DNA of 46,904 nucleotides from Trichomonas gallinae (Eukaryota): NCBI GenBank assembly GCA_008369845.1, contig MRSU01009144.1, positions 1 to 46,904 of the forward strand, read 5' to 3'. Shown piece by piece: positions 11,663 to 22,225 of this stretch (position 1 is its first letter; each line of letters starts with the position of its first letter). The notes under the pieces were generated by a model. It saw only the letters and a program-made list of their open reading frames with translations, ran no database searches and was not told where the DNA came from. The position numbers and the translations under genes were made by a program.

Positions 11663-14600
11663 TTAGTTTAACATTTCTTTCATGATCTTTTGCCTACGCA
11701 GGATGTCTTTGACAAGGAACTGGTCATCGTCAGTATTGTTATCATCGAGAAGTGTGTTTCTGATTTTCGTGAACATTTCTGGCGTTGCATCTTTGAGCTT
11801 TTTCATGACCGAGATTGAATCTGGCTGTTTATTGCCTTTCACGTTAGACTCAATGGACTTCTGAAGGTGCTTAGGCCATTTATCGCCAATAATATGCTTC
11901 AGGGCTGACGGAGCATCGACTTCTTCGACAAATTCCCTCTTTTCCTCTTCTTCTTCGCTCTTAACAAACTCTCTGGCTACATCTGGAGCGTGGATTTCGT
12001 CTTCTTCTTCGTGGTGGATCTGCACGACAACTTCGTTCTCTTGTTTCTTGATGACGTAACCGGAAAATGAAAGACCGGAGAAGTCCTCGTGGAATAATTT
12101 GATATCATCGTCTGGTTCTTGAATTTGCTCGATTCGTTTTGCGAGGTTAATATTTTGCTGCAACTCCTCGATTTTCTGTAGTTTGTTTTCGATTGTTGTG
12201 TTGAGTGATGCAATTTTGTCGCTCGCTGCTTTCAGCTCAACATCAAACATTGACCTTTTGTGCTTGAGGTTGTCGATGTTGTCCGAGAGCTGTTTCTTGA
12301 GAGAAAGAATCTCTCTCTGTCTGGAGCTGAATACATCGTTTTTCAGCTTCATTAACACAATGGATTTTTTCTTTTCTTGCGCAATTCCTTTCCTGATTCT
12401 CATTAATTGATTATGTCTTGGATTATTCGAGTTTTCTGGCTTGTATCTGAGCATCTCTTGTGACAGTATCTGGAGAAGTTTGTTCTGGTCTCCAATAGAG
12501 AGCTTTCCGTTTTGATCAAAAGAATAATTTAATTCATCTTCAAAATTCGTGTCTTCGATCAAAGATTTGGCTATATCTGCCTTAAATCTGTCTGAGCAGT
12601 TGTTAGTATTTGTATCTCCGAGAATTGGACCAACAAATATTTGCAAAGGCATAGTTTGAATTGTTCCACTTGATTGTGTAACGTTAGCAATCAAAAATGG
12701 CCACTGGAAATTGATGAAAGGAACAGAAGGTGAAACTAAGAACTGGAAATAAGTGTATAAAGATTGCAAAGTGTGCTTATATAAAGATATTGTGTTGGTT
12801 GATATAATAATTTGGTCTATTAACGATTTGTTGGCTTGTTTGCCGAAATTTTGGCTTTTCGTGAGAATTTTGATTAAATCTGTCATTTTTCCAATGGAAT
12901 CATGGTCATTGTGTAAGCCTGTTGCAAATGTCTCGATCCTTGCTATCAATTCGCTAGCATTTTGTTTCGTGAAAATGTCAGTAATCGAAATATTTAATAA
13001 ATTATTGATAATAGGAACCAATTTCTCTATTCTGACACCACTAAGTCGAGTATAAACACTCCAAAAAGCGGCATCAGTTTTGTGTGTCTGTGTAGCTGAA
13101 ATAGGAATAAAATCTGGAATTTCTTCATTAACATTTTTTAGATTTATTAAGCATTGGACGAAATCTGGAGGTGTTGTAACGTTTTGTGATATTGTTATTG
13201 AGTGAATATACAATAAAATCGTTGTGAATCCGTCAATAAATCTTTTTGCGTTGAATTGCTTCAATGATTGGAAGAAAATGTTTTGTTCCTGGTATTTATG
13301 ATCTGTCGTCATAATATATGAGATGAATTCATCGCGTAATTGAAAAACTCTGATGAGATTTACGAAAATAAAGATAATTTCGTAAACATCCTTGCTTTTT
13401 GGCTGCGCATTTACCCCAAGAATATAGCTAATCTTTGTTAAGTCAAGTGAGCCGCGAAGAATTTGATCTAATAACACAATAATATCAATATTTTTTGATT
13501 GTTGATTCGCTTGCAATTTTTCGACTGTAGAGTTGCATTTCCGTACTAGCTCTGGAGAGTTGATGTTCATGTTATGAATTAAATTAATAAACATGTTTCC
13601 AAAATTTTCATCAATTTTTAGATTTTGAATATCAATGGTTGGATTGACGATGAGCAGGTTTAGGCTCTGAAGGAATTTAACAGAAGTCAGGAATTCGTCG
13701 AATAAACTTTGTCTGTATTGATTTGATTTTGAACTTGAAGATCTCGAGAATTTCTTGATGAAATGCCACATGAAATCAGCGGCATTGGCAATTTCATCGG
13801 TCGAGAATGATTTTTTGTAGAAATCAGTCAGTTCTGCTCTTAATTTGAAAAGATTTGGCGAAGTTTGCTGAGAAATCGGCGCGAGAATGGCTAAAATGTG
13901 CTTAACTTCTGTTGGTTGAATAGAATTGTTCTCAACTTGGAACAAAAACTTATAAACAGGCTTAAAACTATCATATGGAAGGAAATTAAGCTCGTAAATC
14001 GTTTTCAAGTACATTGTTCTAATTATTGCGATTATTGACCTCTTTGTATCAGTGGCATCAGTGAAATTCGCTTTTTCTAGCGCGTTATTAATAGAATCAA
14101 CAATTTTTTGCGGAACTTGATCGACAAGAGACGAAACAAACAGATCCTTATTGAGGTACCTGGAGCAATAAGTCCTTAAATATATTTTTCTTATCGTGTT
14201 TCCATAAGGACATATTCCGAGATAATCTAAAGCTACTAAAAGCATCAAAATCGAGTGAATTACTTGTAGCTGCTGCAAGAGGGCGTCGATTGCTGGCGAT
14301 TTTTCGTTCGTAAACTCAGTAAAAGCGCTGACCATTAATATTTCCGTGTAAAGATCAGTAAAAGCGCGTCTTGACGGTGGCTTGAATACGACATTAAAGA
14401 TCTTATCTCTAAACTGCACTAAATATTGATCATTTCCCGTTAATCGAAAAATTTCAGTAATATTCATGAAAATATCTTTTAAATTCGGAGTTAAAAGTTT
14501 GCTCTTGATTATTTCGATTCCTTCATCAGTAGAGATTTTAAAGCCGAGCTGAGATATCGCATCTACTGATTGCAAGAGTAAAAATCTTTCATCACTCGTG

Positions 14601-15313
14601 ATTTGGATTTTTGCCTTGAATTCTGCGTCGTATGGATTAATGTGGCAGTCGTTGTATAAAGTAACATGTGTATTTATCATTTCCAACCTTCTAATTGTGT
14701 ATTTGGAAATAAATTCTGAAATACTATTAATTGACATCATAAACTGCATGTAGACTCCTATTTTATCGATTTTTTCCTTTAGTTGTTCGAGAATTTGAAG
14801 TAAAAACGTGATTTTTAAATATGCACGAAAATGATTTGGGCCTAATTCGCTTTCCTTTGCTAATTTCGATATTGTTTCAATGAGATCTTGTAAAATCGAG
14901 TATTTTTCAGACGTTAATGGCTCGTTTGCTTGTAAATTATTTAATAAAATAAAAATTTTCTCTTGAAATTGCATTGCGGGCTGCGTTCTTGGCAGAGATT
15001 GGATAATTCCAGCAAGTCTACAAGTCCAAAATCGAAGTTTTTCTGTTATATCGAAAATTTGTAATATTGTAGCTCGTAATCCGCATTTTGGAACTGAACA
15101 AAGGATATGAATGAACGAAACCCAGCTAACTATTATTGTATCAAGTGGTGATTCTTGGAAATTTGCTATAATCGAACAAAGATTTTCAAAATGAGGCTCA
15201 GGACCGGCTTTTATCTTGTTCAGTCTATGGAACATCTCCTGCTTGAAGTATTCCAAGTCATTCGGCGGGACTTTGATGTAGATTGACCTGTCCGTTTTTT
15301 CTGTAGAACTCAT
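11663..15313 (-). CDS. Large helical hypothetical protein with C-terminal coiled coil and acidic region
   Basis: 1216-aa ORF; heptad-rich segment (LKKQLSDNIDNLKHK..LQKIEELQQNINL) followed by a Glu-rich tract. Confidence 0.8.
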   Translation of the reverse strand: MSSTEKTDRSIYIKVPPNDLEYFKQEMFHRLNKIKAGPEPHFENLCSIIANFQESPLDTIIVSWVSFIHILCSVPKCGLRATILQIFDITEKLRFWTCRLAGIIQSLPRTQPAMQFQEKIFILLNNLQANEPLTSEKYSILQDLIETISKLAKESELGPNHFRAYLKITFLLQILEQLKEKIDKIGVYMQFMMSINSISEFISKYTIRRLEMINTHVTLYNDCHINPYDAEFKAKIQITSDERFLLLQSVDAISQLGFKISTDEGIEIIKSKLLTPNLKDIFMNITEIFRLTGNDQYLVQFRDKIFNVVFKPPSRRAFTDLYTEILMVSAFTEFTNEKSPAIDALLQQLQVIHSILMLLVALDYLGICPYGNTIRKIYLRTYCSRYLNKDLFVSSLVDQVPQKIVDSINNALEKANFTDATDTKRSIIAIIRTMYLKTIYELNFLPYDSFKPVYKFLFQVENNSIQPTEVKHILAILAPISQQTSPNLFKLRAELTDFYKKSFSTDEIANAADFMWHFIKKFSRSSSSKSNQYRQSLFDEFLTSVKFLQSLNLLIVNPTIDIQNLKIDENFGNMFINLIHNMNINSPELVRKCNSTVEKLQANQQSKNIDIIVLLDQILRGSLDLTKISYILGVNAQPKSKDVYEIIFIFVNLIRVFQLRDEFISYIMTTDHKYQEQNIFFQSLKQFNAKRFIDGFTTILLYIHSITISQNVTTPPDFVQCLINLKNVNEEIPDFIPISATQTHKTDAAFWSVYTRLSGVRIEKLVPIINNLLNISITDIFTKQNASELIARIETFATGLHNDHDSIGKMTDLIKILTKSQNFGKQANKSLIDQIIISTNTISLYKHTLQSLYTYFQFLVSPSVPFINFQWPFLIANVTQSSGTIQTMPLQIFVGPILGDTNTNNCSDRFKADIAKSLIEDTNFEDELNYSFDQNGKLSIGDQNKLLQILSQEMLRYKPENSNNPRHNQLMRIRKGIAQEKKKSIVLMKLKNDVFSSRQREILSLKKQLSDNIDNLKHKRSMFDVELKAASDKIASLNTTIENKLQKIEELQQNINLAKRIEQIQEPDDDIKLFHEDFSGLSFSGYVIKKQENEVVVQIHHEEEDEIHAPDVAREFVKSEEEEEKREFVEEVDAPSALKHIIGDKWPKHLQKSIESNVKGNKQPDSISVMKKLKDATPEMFTKIRNTLLDDNNTDDDQFLVKDILRRQKIMKEMLN

Positions 15314-16543
15314 CTAAGAAACAAGAATCAAAATCCTGAAGAAAAAAGCTTTAGAACAAAATAAATGTGTTTATTTTAATGTAAATAGACTACTATTTAA
15401 ATCTGAAGTCTATAAAATTAAATTCGATCAAAATTGAAACCAAAATTAGTTATTTAGACATATGCTATGAAGAAATAGATATATTTCAATATGAATCACA
15501 CATATCTTGATGAATTAGTTTGAAAAGTTAGATAAAATGATTGAAAATTATATTCGATTTTAACATGTAAATTTAACATCATTAAACATTACTTTACACT
15601 ATTATATCATGTATAGCATATAAATTTTGAGTTTTAAACTATATTGACTTTGACTTGAAATTATTTTCTGTTGAAAATGCAATAAAATAAATGGAACTGA
15701 TATATAATCATGCTTCTCATATAGTTATTTGCATGTAGTTGATTCTTATGATAATAAGTATAAGCATGTATTACTTTGTTCGCATCACATTTCTCCGAAG
15801 ATGCTATAAAAAGAAAAGACAATGTTATGACATGTAAAGTGTCAAAAATCAAAAGAAAAATTAAAAACGAAATAAATATAATTTATAAGTATAGAATTCA
15901 TAAGAAAAAGATTTTTCAAAAAAATATAAATTTTTTTTTCATGTTTCTTTTCTTTTGTTTTATCTGTTATATTGTGTTATAACTAGTGCATATCTTGCTG
16001 ATAAGGATATTAGAAAAGAGTGCGAAGAAGGTGTATAAGGAGAAACTCCTTCTCACTCCTGGAAAATATATTTAATCAATTGTTGGTGCTGGAGAAATTA
16101 TAGAGCCTAGCAATTTGACCCAAACTATATATATAAGTACATTGCCATAAGATAAATATATACGCAAGATGCCTTGATTGTGCTGCTTTAGGATTTTTTG
16201 ATAAGAATTCATTAGATTGAATATCTCAAAATCAAGCGTAGAATACTTACTTACAATGCAGCAGTGTGACTCATAAATAAGGCCAAATGAATGATGCTAA
16301 TTCCCTTAACGTCTTTGTATAGGCAACTGACTCTATTCGAGGGTTATTACACTTCACCTAATATGCCGCCAAATTTTGATGGCTTTGTTTTTAGTAAAAA
16401 TGTAAAGCTTATAAATAAACAAAATAATGTAACAACAAAAAGGCCGAAAATAATTTTGTCATTTCAATTTTGTGAAGTTTACAAAACTTTACACCGAAAA
16501 TTGAGAGAAAAACCGCGCAAAAAAACAAGACGTTAGACACGCG

Positions 16544-17329
16544 ATGAAAGTATCGTCCTCACACGTTCAGCCACTGGCACCGACACGAGTGAGGAACAAA
16601 ATCAACAACTGCGTGAAAAATGTTAAGTGGCAGAAGGAAGAAGACGAGTTATTGATGAAATTAATGGCTGGAAATATTCATCCAAACTACTCCAGAATGG
16701 TAGACCACTTTCCTGGTAAGACGGGACAGCAGATCGCCGAACGCTGGGATAAAGTACTTAACCCGGAGCTCATAAAAGGCTCCTGGACAAGACAAGAAGA
16801 TGAGATTATCATTAATTTCGTGAAAGAAAACGGAACTAAAAACTGGCGCAAACTCTGCGAGCTCTTGCCAGGAAGAATTGGTAAGCAGTGTCGCGAAAGA
16901 TGGAGAAATCACTTAGATCCGAACATTAACCATCAACCATGGACGCCTGAGGAAGATAATCTCCTCATCAAGTACCATGAAATGTACGGAAATAAGTGGG
17001 TACAAATTTCGCAATTAATTCCTAATAGATCTGATAACGCGATTAAAAATCGATGGAATGCTACGATAAAGAAATTAGTGAATGCAGCTCCTAAACCAGA
17101 TATCGAAGTTAAAGAGGTTGCGCCTTCGCCAAGCCCTGTATCGACACCTGTTGTTCAAACATTAATTTCATCGCCGTTTTTAACAACGATTACGCCCTTC
17201 GGTTTTTTGTCACCGGGACTCTCTTCGCTAGACAAGAAGAATAATAAGGAGAAGGAAGCTAGTTCGTCTTTGGCTGACAACTTTGCGAAACTTCTCGAAA
17301 TGATTCCTAAGAAAAGTGAAAAAAATTAA
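16544..17329 (+). CDS. Three-repeat (R1R2R3) Myb transcription factor
   Basis: Repeats KWQKEEDELL..ERWDKVLNP, KGSWTRQEDE..GRIGKQCRERWRNHLDP and PWTPEEDNLL..NRSDNAIKNRWN, followed by an SP/TP-rich C-terminus. Confidence 0.92.
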   Translation: MKVSSSHVQPLAPTRVRNKINNCVKNVKWQKEEDELLMKLMAGNIHPNYSRMVDHFPGKTGQQIAERWDKVLNPELIKGSWTRQEDEIIINFVKENGTKNWRKLCELLPGRIGKQCRERWRNHLDPNINHQPWTPEEDNLLIKYHEMYGNKWVQISQLIPNRSDNAIKNRWNATIKKLVNAAPKPDIEVKEVAPSPSPVSTPVVQTLISSPFLTTITPFGFLSPGLSSLDKKNNKEKEASSSLADNFAKLLEMIPKKSEKN

Positions 17330-17793
17330 ACGTACATGGGTCATTTTAAACACACGATGCCTCTCTACAACACGTAACTGTCCTTATGGGCAGTGTGCAA
17401 TCTAAAATTGTCGCTTGTTTATGAAATTATTTTCGAGATTTTTGTCTTTTTTCATTCTATGACTTCATTTCGATTACCATATCAATAACACATAAAATAT
17501 ACTATAAGTTCTCTAACTAATGAAACTCTAAATACCAAAATCATAAATATCAAAAAATAAAAATATGATATAAAGTTAGTTTTCTTGTCGAAAATGGATT
17601 TGTTTGAAGAAATATAGATATATTTGAACTTATTTTTAGAAAGCTTAAATTTTAAACGTTCGTTGAATTCATCTTATAATCTATTTCTTTTTGATTATTA
17701 TCATTTGTACAATCTAAAAATCATGATTTGAATAAATATGTCTCAGAAAGATAAATTTATAAAGTAAATGATTGATTTAGATGTTATTCATGT

Positions 17794-19680
17794 TCATTCT
17801 GTGTCAGAATCAGGTTTTGATGGAACACCAAAGATGCTCTGGATTCCAGGGGGAATTTTATGATGCAATTCCTGTGGAGCAATGCTGACACAACCAAATG
17901 GAGTGAAAACTTTCGTTTCATCATCCATTGCGAACTCATTTCTTTCTTCGAAGTCAGCCTTGAAAGGATCATAGTCTGCTGACACATCTTGTGATGTGAA
18001 CAAAGGGTTGTCTTGTTCGAGGAAGCATTCACAATGGTTCTGGATCTTGACTTCATCGATAATCATTTCAACACAGCTTTCATCAGTCAGGTCACTTGAT
18101 ACGGATTTTTCTTCATCTTTCTTGCATTTGACAACAGCAAGAATTGCAATAATAGCGATGATAATCACAGCGATAATTCCTGCAACTATACCTACAATTA
18201 TTGGAGTCAAGTTGCGATTGCTTTGGATGTGTTCGACTAATGTGGGAATATCTTCAATGTAGGTGATGATGAAAGTGTTTTCAACGACAATTGTTGGGAC
18301 AAATGTGAACGTGTCAATGAATGTGTTGACTGTCTTCCAAGTGTGGCCATTAAAAGAGTTCGTTATAGTGACGCCTGTAATGCGTGATTGAGTTATAGAT
18401 AGTGTTTCAAACAGAGATTGCGTGAGTGTTTTTGGGACGTTTGTGCGAATTGCTTGAGTTCTAAATGGAGAAACTGATATGGAATTTGATGTGAGTGTAA
18501 TGTTTGGTGTGTTTGAGACCCTTTCGAATGGATGATAGTAAATAGCTTCTTTTCTCGTGATTTGTGTTGCCTGGTAAGTGAAAGATGTTGGATGTGGATT
18601 TTTAGGATTAAATTCAGCAATTTCTCTTTTTGGTAATACTGGCTCATAAGTGGCTTCATATTCTTTTGACCTAGGGGCAGCATAGTTGCATGTTTCATCG
18701 CTTTCTTGTCTGAGATAGATGCTGACTCTTCCTTTCGGAAAGATATCAAATCTTGGTTTTGCCATAATGATTCTTTTTTCATCAATTTGATCACCTCTGG
18801 AAGTATACATTGTTGCTCCATCTACTAGGATATCATCTGCTGGTTGCTTACTTTTCATATCAAAGGTAAGACCTCCTGCTGCTTCATTTCTATAGAAACA
18901 ACATGATTGTGTAACACAATCAAAACCGTCCGTTATATTATTGTCGGAGTAGAAAGAAATTGCTCCACCACCTCGTGCTCTGTTTGAATTTGTACCCACT
19001 ACATTTAATTCTTGATCTACATGATTAAACTCAAATCTGCACATAATTATTGCAGCAACTGTATTATGACAGTAAATAGCACCTCCGTTGAATTGCGCTT
19101 TATTAGATTTGAACTGGGTATTAGTCAATGAAAATGAATCACATTTGCTTATATATATTGATCCACCAGCTGAATTGGCAACATTTTCTTCAAACATTAA
19201 ATCACTTCCAATATAGGTCAGTGAATTTTCTTTTGAATCTGTTCCTTGGAAATAAATAGCACCTCCATTTTGTAATGCGACGTTGTTCTTGAATGTAACT
19301 TCTTTTTGCATCAATTTTGTTTCGAAGAAGGCGAACGCACCTCCATTGGAAGCTGAGTTCTTTGTGAATTGAATCTTAGGATTCATTATGACGACAGAGA
19401 ATGAGGCAAAAAGGGCTCCGCCGAATGAATCGTAATGTGAATTTCCAAATGCTTTATTATTCTCAAAATTTGAGTTAGAAATAACAATATTGCAATAAAG
19501 GTATTCATGTACCATATCATCAGCCATTATGGTATTCTTAAATTCGATGTCATCATTGATCCACTCGAAATTAAATTTGTATTCATTAGTTTTATCTCGA
19601 TTTGCTACGAATGATGGTAGATGTGAACTGTGCATATTCAGATGAGTGTGTGAGAATGTGAGTAATGTTAGCACATTCAT
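17794..19680 (-). CDS. Pmp-like (polymorphic membrane protein) type I surface protein
   Basis: Repeated FxxN and GGA(I/L/F) motifs (FENN..GGALF, FTKN..GGAFA, FKNN..GGAIY, FKSN..GGAIY), a Thr/Ser-rich stalk, TM IIVGIVAGIIAVIIIAIIAILAVV, and a cytosolic tail with NPLF and DPFKADFEE. The start is set at ATG 19680 (MNVLTLL) rather than the upstream TTG. Confidence 0.85.
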   Translation of the reverse strand: MNVLTLLTFSHTHLNMHSSHLPSFVANRDKTNEYKFNFEWINDDIEFKNTIMADDMVHEYLYCNIVISNSNFENNKAFGNSHYDSFGGALFASFSVVIMNPKIQFTKNSASNGGAFAFFETKLMQKEVTFKNNVALQNGGAIYFQGTDSKENSLTYIGSDLMFEENVANSAGGSIYISKCDSFSLTNTQFKSNKAQFNGGAIYCHNTVAAIIMCRFEFNHVDQELNVVGTNSNRARGGGAISFYSDNNITDGFDCVTQSCCFYRNEAAGGLTFDMKSKQPADDILVDGATMYTSRGDQIDEKRIIMAKPRFDIFPKGRVSIYLRQESDETCNYAAPRSKEYEATYEPVLPKREIAEFNPKNPHPTSFTYQATQITRKEAIYYHPFERVSNTPNITLTSNSISVSPFRTQAIRTNVPKTLTQSLFETLSITQSRITGVTITNSFNGHTWKTVNTFIDTFTFVPTIVVENTFIITYIEDIPTLVEHIQSNRNLTPIIVGIVAGIIAVIIIAIIAILAVVKCKKDEEKSVSSDLTDESCVEMIIDEVKIQNHCECFLEQDNPLFTSQDVSADYDPFKADFEERNEFAMDDETKVFTPFGCVSIAPQELHHKIPPGIQSIFGVPSKPDSDTE

Positions 19681-20421
19681 TGTTTTTAGCAAAAGCAAAA
19701 CTAAACTTTCAATTCTTCTCAATTTTGATGCGTTTTCATTGATTTAATATATTACATTCATTTTAACCTCTACATAGTAACAAAGGGCATGTGATGCAAT
19801 TATTTCATATGATGATTTTGAGATTAAGACGTTAAGGTTCAATTGATAATCTTCAAACAAGTTTTTCAGTTTTAAAGCGAACAATCATTGCTTAACACAA
19901 ATATTATCACTCAAACATCTTATATACATGCATAATAATTTCATAAAAGCAAAAAAAATATCAAATTAAATTAAGATTATGGCAATTGAACTAATATCAT
20001 TAAGAATTTATATAAATACATCAGAAATGTCAAAATTTATTGTGATATGATGAAATGGTTGTGAGTTGAAAATTCAAACTATAATCTCATTTCTCTGGAC
20101 CTCTAATATTGTTTGTTATTAATGTATGATGGATCTAGTAATATCTATCATGTAATTTAATGGATGAAAACAATATTTAATTATCTTCAAATATTAAATC
20201 AAAATGAAATCAAATTATTTCATCAATGCATTATAAAATGCATAGATGCAAGATTTTCTTAAGTAAATAATGATACTTGAACGATATTCAAAAGATTTAA
20301 TTATATTATGGCATTACTTGCTGCTATCTATGAATACAAACAGCTGTTTGGAGACATATCTACAAAAAATGAAATTTCTAAAAATTTTTCAAAAAGATTT
20401 TACTTGCTAATTCAAAATTAG

Positions 20422-21111
20422 TTACTTGAAAGATGATGGAATATTGTTGATACCTGGGCTTTCAGAACGTGTCTTGTTAACAAAGAGTCCTCTAACTTCA
20501 TTAGGCATATCGACATAACCCTTGAGGGCTGGAGCTATGGCCATGGAAACTGCATCAATGATAATTTCTGGTGTAATTTCACGTGGCTTTTCGATCAAAG
20601 ACTGCGTTGTCTTTGTCCTCCAGAAATTCGTTTGTGTGACTTCAGAAATTAAGAACGAAGCCGGCAATTTGAAGTTGGCTGTGAGATCGTAGAGGTTGAC
20701 AGTCATGAGTTCTGTGTTTGGAATTGGTGTAAAAACGAGGTTGAACATTGAGTATTTTCCAGTATTAGCGTTGTAAGCTGAGGTCATCATAGCCTTGTTA
20801 GCACCTTCAAGGGCGTAGCCCTCGAACTCTCCTAAGGCCTCAATCATATCTTGAAGTTCTGGGATTTTTGATTTGAGAGTTGCTGGAAGGAAAGCATCAA
20901 TCTTCTTGATTAAGCTTTCGCAGATCTTTTTGCCTTTTGCAATTTGAACTGTAAGTCTTTGATTTGTAGATGCTGAAACGAAATTTGTGAAAGATTTATC
21001 AGGAACTGGGTATTGTATTGAGCGAACATCAACATGGTCGCGAAGGCTTTGACAAATCGCGCCAGTTAATGAAACAGCAGCACAAATTCCTAAAACAATC
21101 AAAGTTAACAT
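20422..21111 (-). CDS. Uncharacterised family member A (hydrophobic N-terminus, alpha/beta core)
   Basis: 229-aa ORF sharing FTNFVSAS, SAYNANTG, TNFW hairpin and DAVSMAIAPALKGYVDMPNEV motifs with the ORFs at 30315, 37945 and 39269. Confidence 0.85.
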   Translation of the reverse strand: MLTLIVLGICAAVSLTGAICQSLRDHVDVRSIQYPVPDKSFTNFVSASTNQRLTVQIAKGKKICESLIKKIDAFLPATLKSKIPELQDMIEALGEFEGYALEGANKAMMTSAYNANTGKYSMFNLVFTPIPNTELMTVNLYDLTANFKLPASFLISEVTQTNFWRTKTTQSLIEKPREITPEIIIDAVSMAIAPALKGYVDMPNEVRGLFVNKTRSESPGINNIPSSFK

Positions 21112-21170
21112 TTTGGAATTTTGTCAAAACCGCACTGACGTCAAATTTTAAAAAGTGACAAAACGATACA
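21112..21170 (-). promoter_or_regulatory. Core promoter of member A: GTCACTTT, TGACGTCA palindrome, TGCGGTTT, TTTTGACA
   Basis: The minus strand reads GTCACTTTTTAAAATTTGACGTCAGTGCGGTTTTGACAAAATTCCAAAATG. TGCGGTTT (21127-21134) fits the trichomonad M3-type Myb element as I recall it. Confidence 0.5.
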
Positions 21171-21767
21171 AAATTTTATCGATTTTTTGGTTGATTTCAT
21201 AATCATATATATTTGATATTTGTGAAATTTGATACTTTACAAAATTTTCTGACACTTTACAATCAGATTTTAAAAATCGATGGAGAAATCATGATACTCA
21301 AATGTAATGATCATGAAATATAATAAAATTCAATCAATTATCCTAACACAATAATATTACCATGAATTACATTCTAATTTTATTAAAATTAATTCAATTT
21401 ATTCCAAATATTCATATTTTACTTTCATTTCTATAAAATTGTTTAAGAAAGATGTGTATAGTTCATTGTTAGAATGTAAAGGCTTGATTTAGTTTCTAAG
21501 GCAGCGTTTGCCTGCATTTTTTTTTTTTTTTAATTTTGTAAACTATTTGACATTGTAAAGTTGCAATTTGACATCATTTTAGCAGATTTCCTAAACTTTA
21601 TCAATAGATTTCATTTGAATAATACTTAATGGTAAGTGCTGATAGATATCATATTTTTTTGGAATACACCATGTGCTCCTTCATTTTATATTGAACTTTT
21701 GGAATTTCACATCATTTTATTGTAAAGATCATTTTTGACAATTATTAATTTATAAGCAAAATTCTAT

Positions 21768-21890
21768 ATTTATTTGACACAAGAATATTTACTTGACAAA
21801 AATAATGTTTACATGACAGACGTATACTTATTTGACAAAATTAGATATTTATTAGACAAAATTATGTATTTATGTGACAAATTGACATTT
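21768..21890. repeat. Degenerate ~20 bp tandem array (TTTA.[AT]TGACA), six units
   Basis: GAC cores at 21776, 21795, 21815, 21834, 21855 and 21876 (spacing 19-21). The 19-mer ATAATGTTTACATGACAGA at 21802-21820 is identical to 8190-8208. Confidence 0.75.
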
Positions 21891-22225
21891 ATCGTCTTTT
21901 TAGTCCAGGAGCTAATAAAAATTAAAAGGAGTTGCCCTATATTTGCAGGGTATTACAGATATTTTAAGGGGATTCTGTCTCGCCTTTCGCGCGCTGAATA
22001 AAATTGCGCATTTCGTTCGCTGCTAAAAAGTGAGAATTCGCACAACCCTAAATATAGAAATATAGATAAATCTACAGAATAAGATTTTTACTGTAGATAG
22101 ATCGTCACTTTTCACGACGATAGAAATAATAGTCAGAAAAAATTACTCTTATTTTACTGAAGATCAATAATATAGTTGATTGATAAATTTTACAAAATTT
22201 GCGAAATTTCGAAGAAAAATAAGAA

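Noticed and set aside
15661..16536. Short ORFs and coding-like fragments between the 1216-aa gene and Myb
   Set aside because: They have low-complexity AT-rich composition and no recognisable family; they may be a decayed gene, but I cannot support that.
21768..21890. CRISPR-like repeat-spacer appearance
   Set aside because: The period is only ~20 bp, the repeats are degenerate, the context is eukaryotic and there are no cas genes.
21774..22001. 75-aa ORF with YLLDK repeats
   Set aside because: It has a TTG start and is a by-product of the ~20-bp DNA array.
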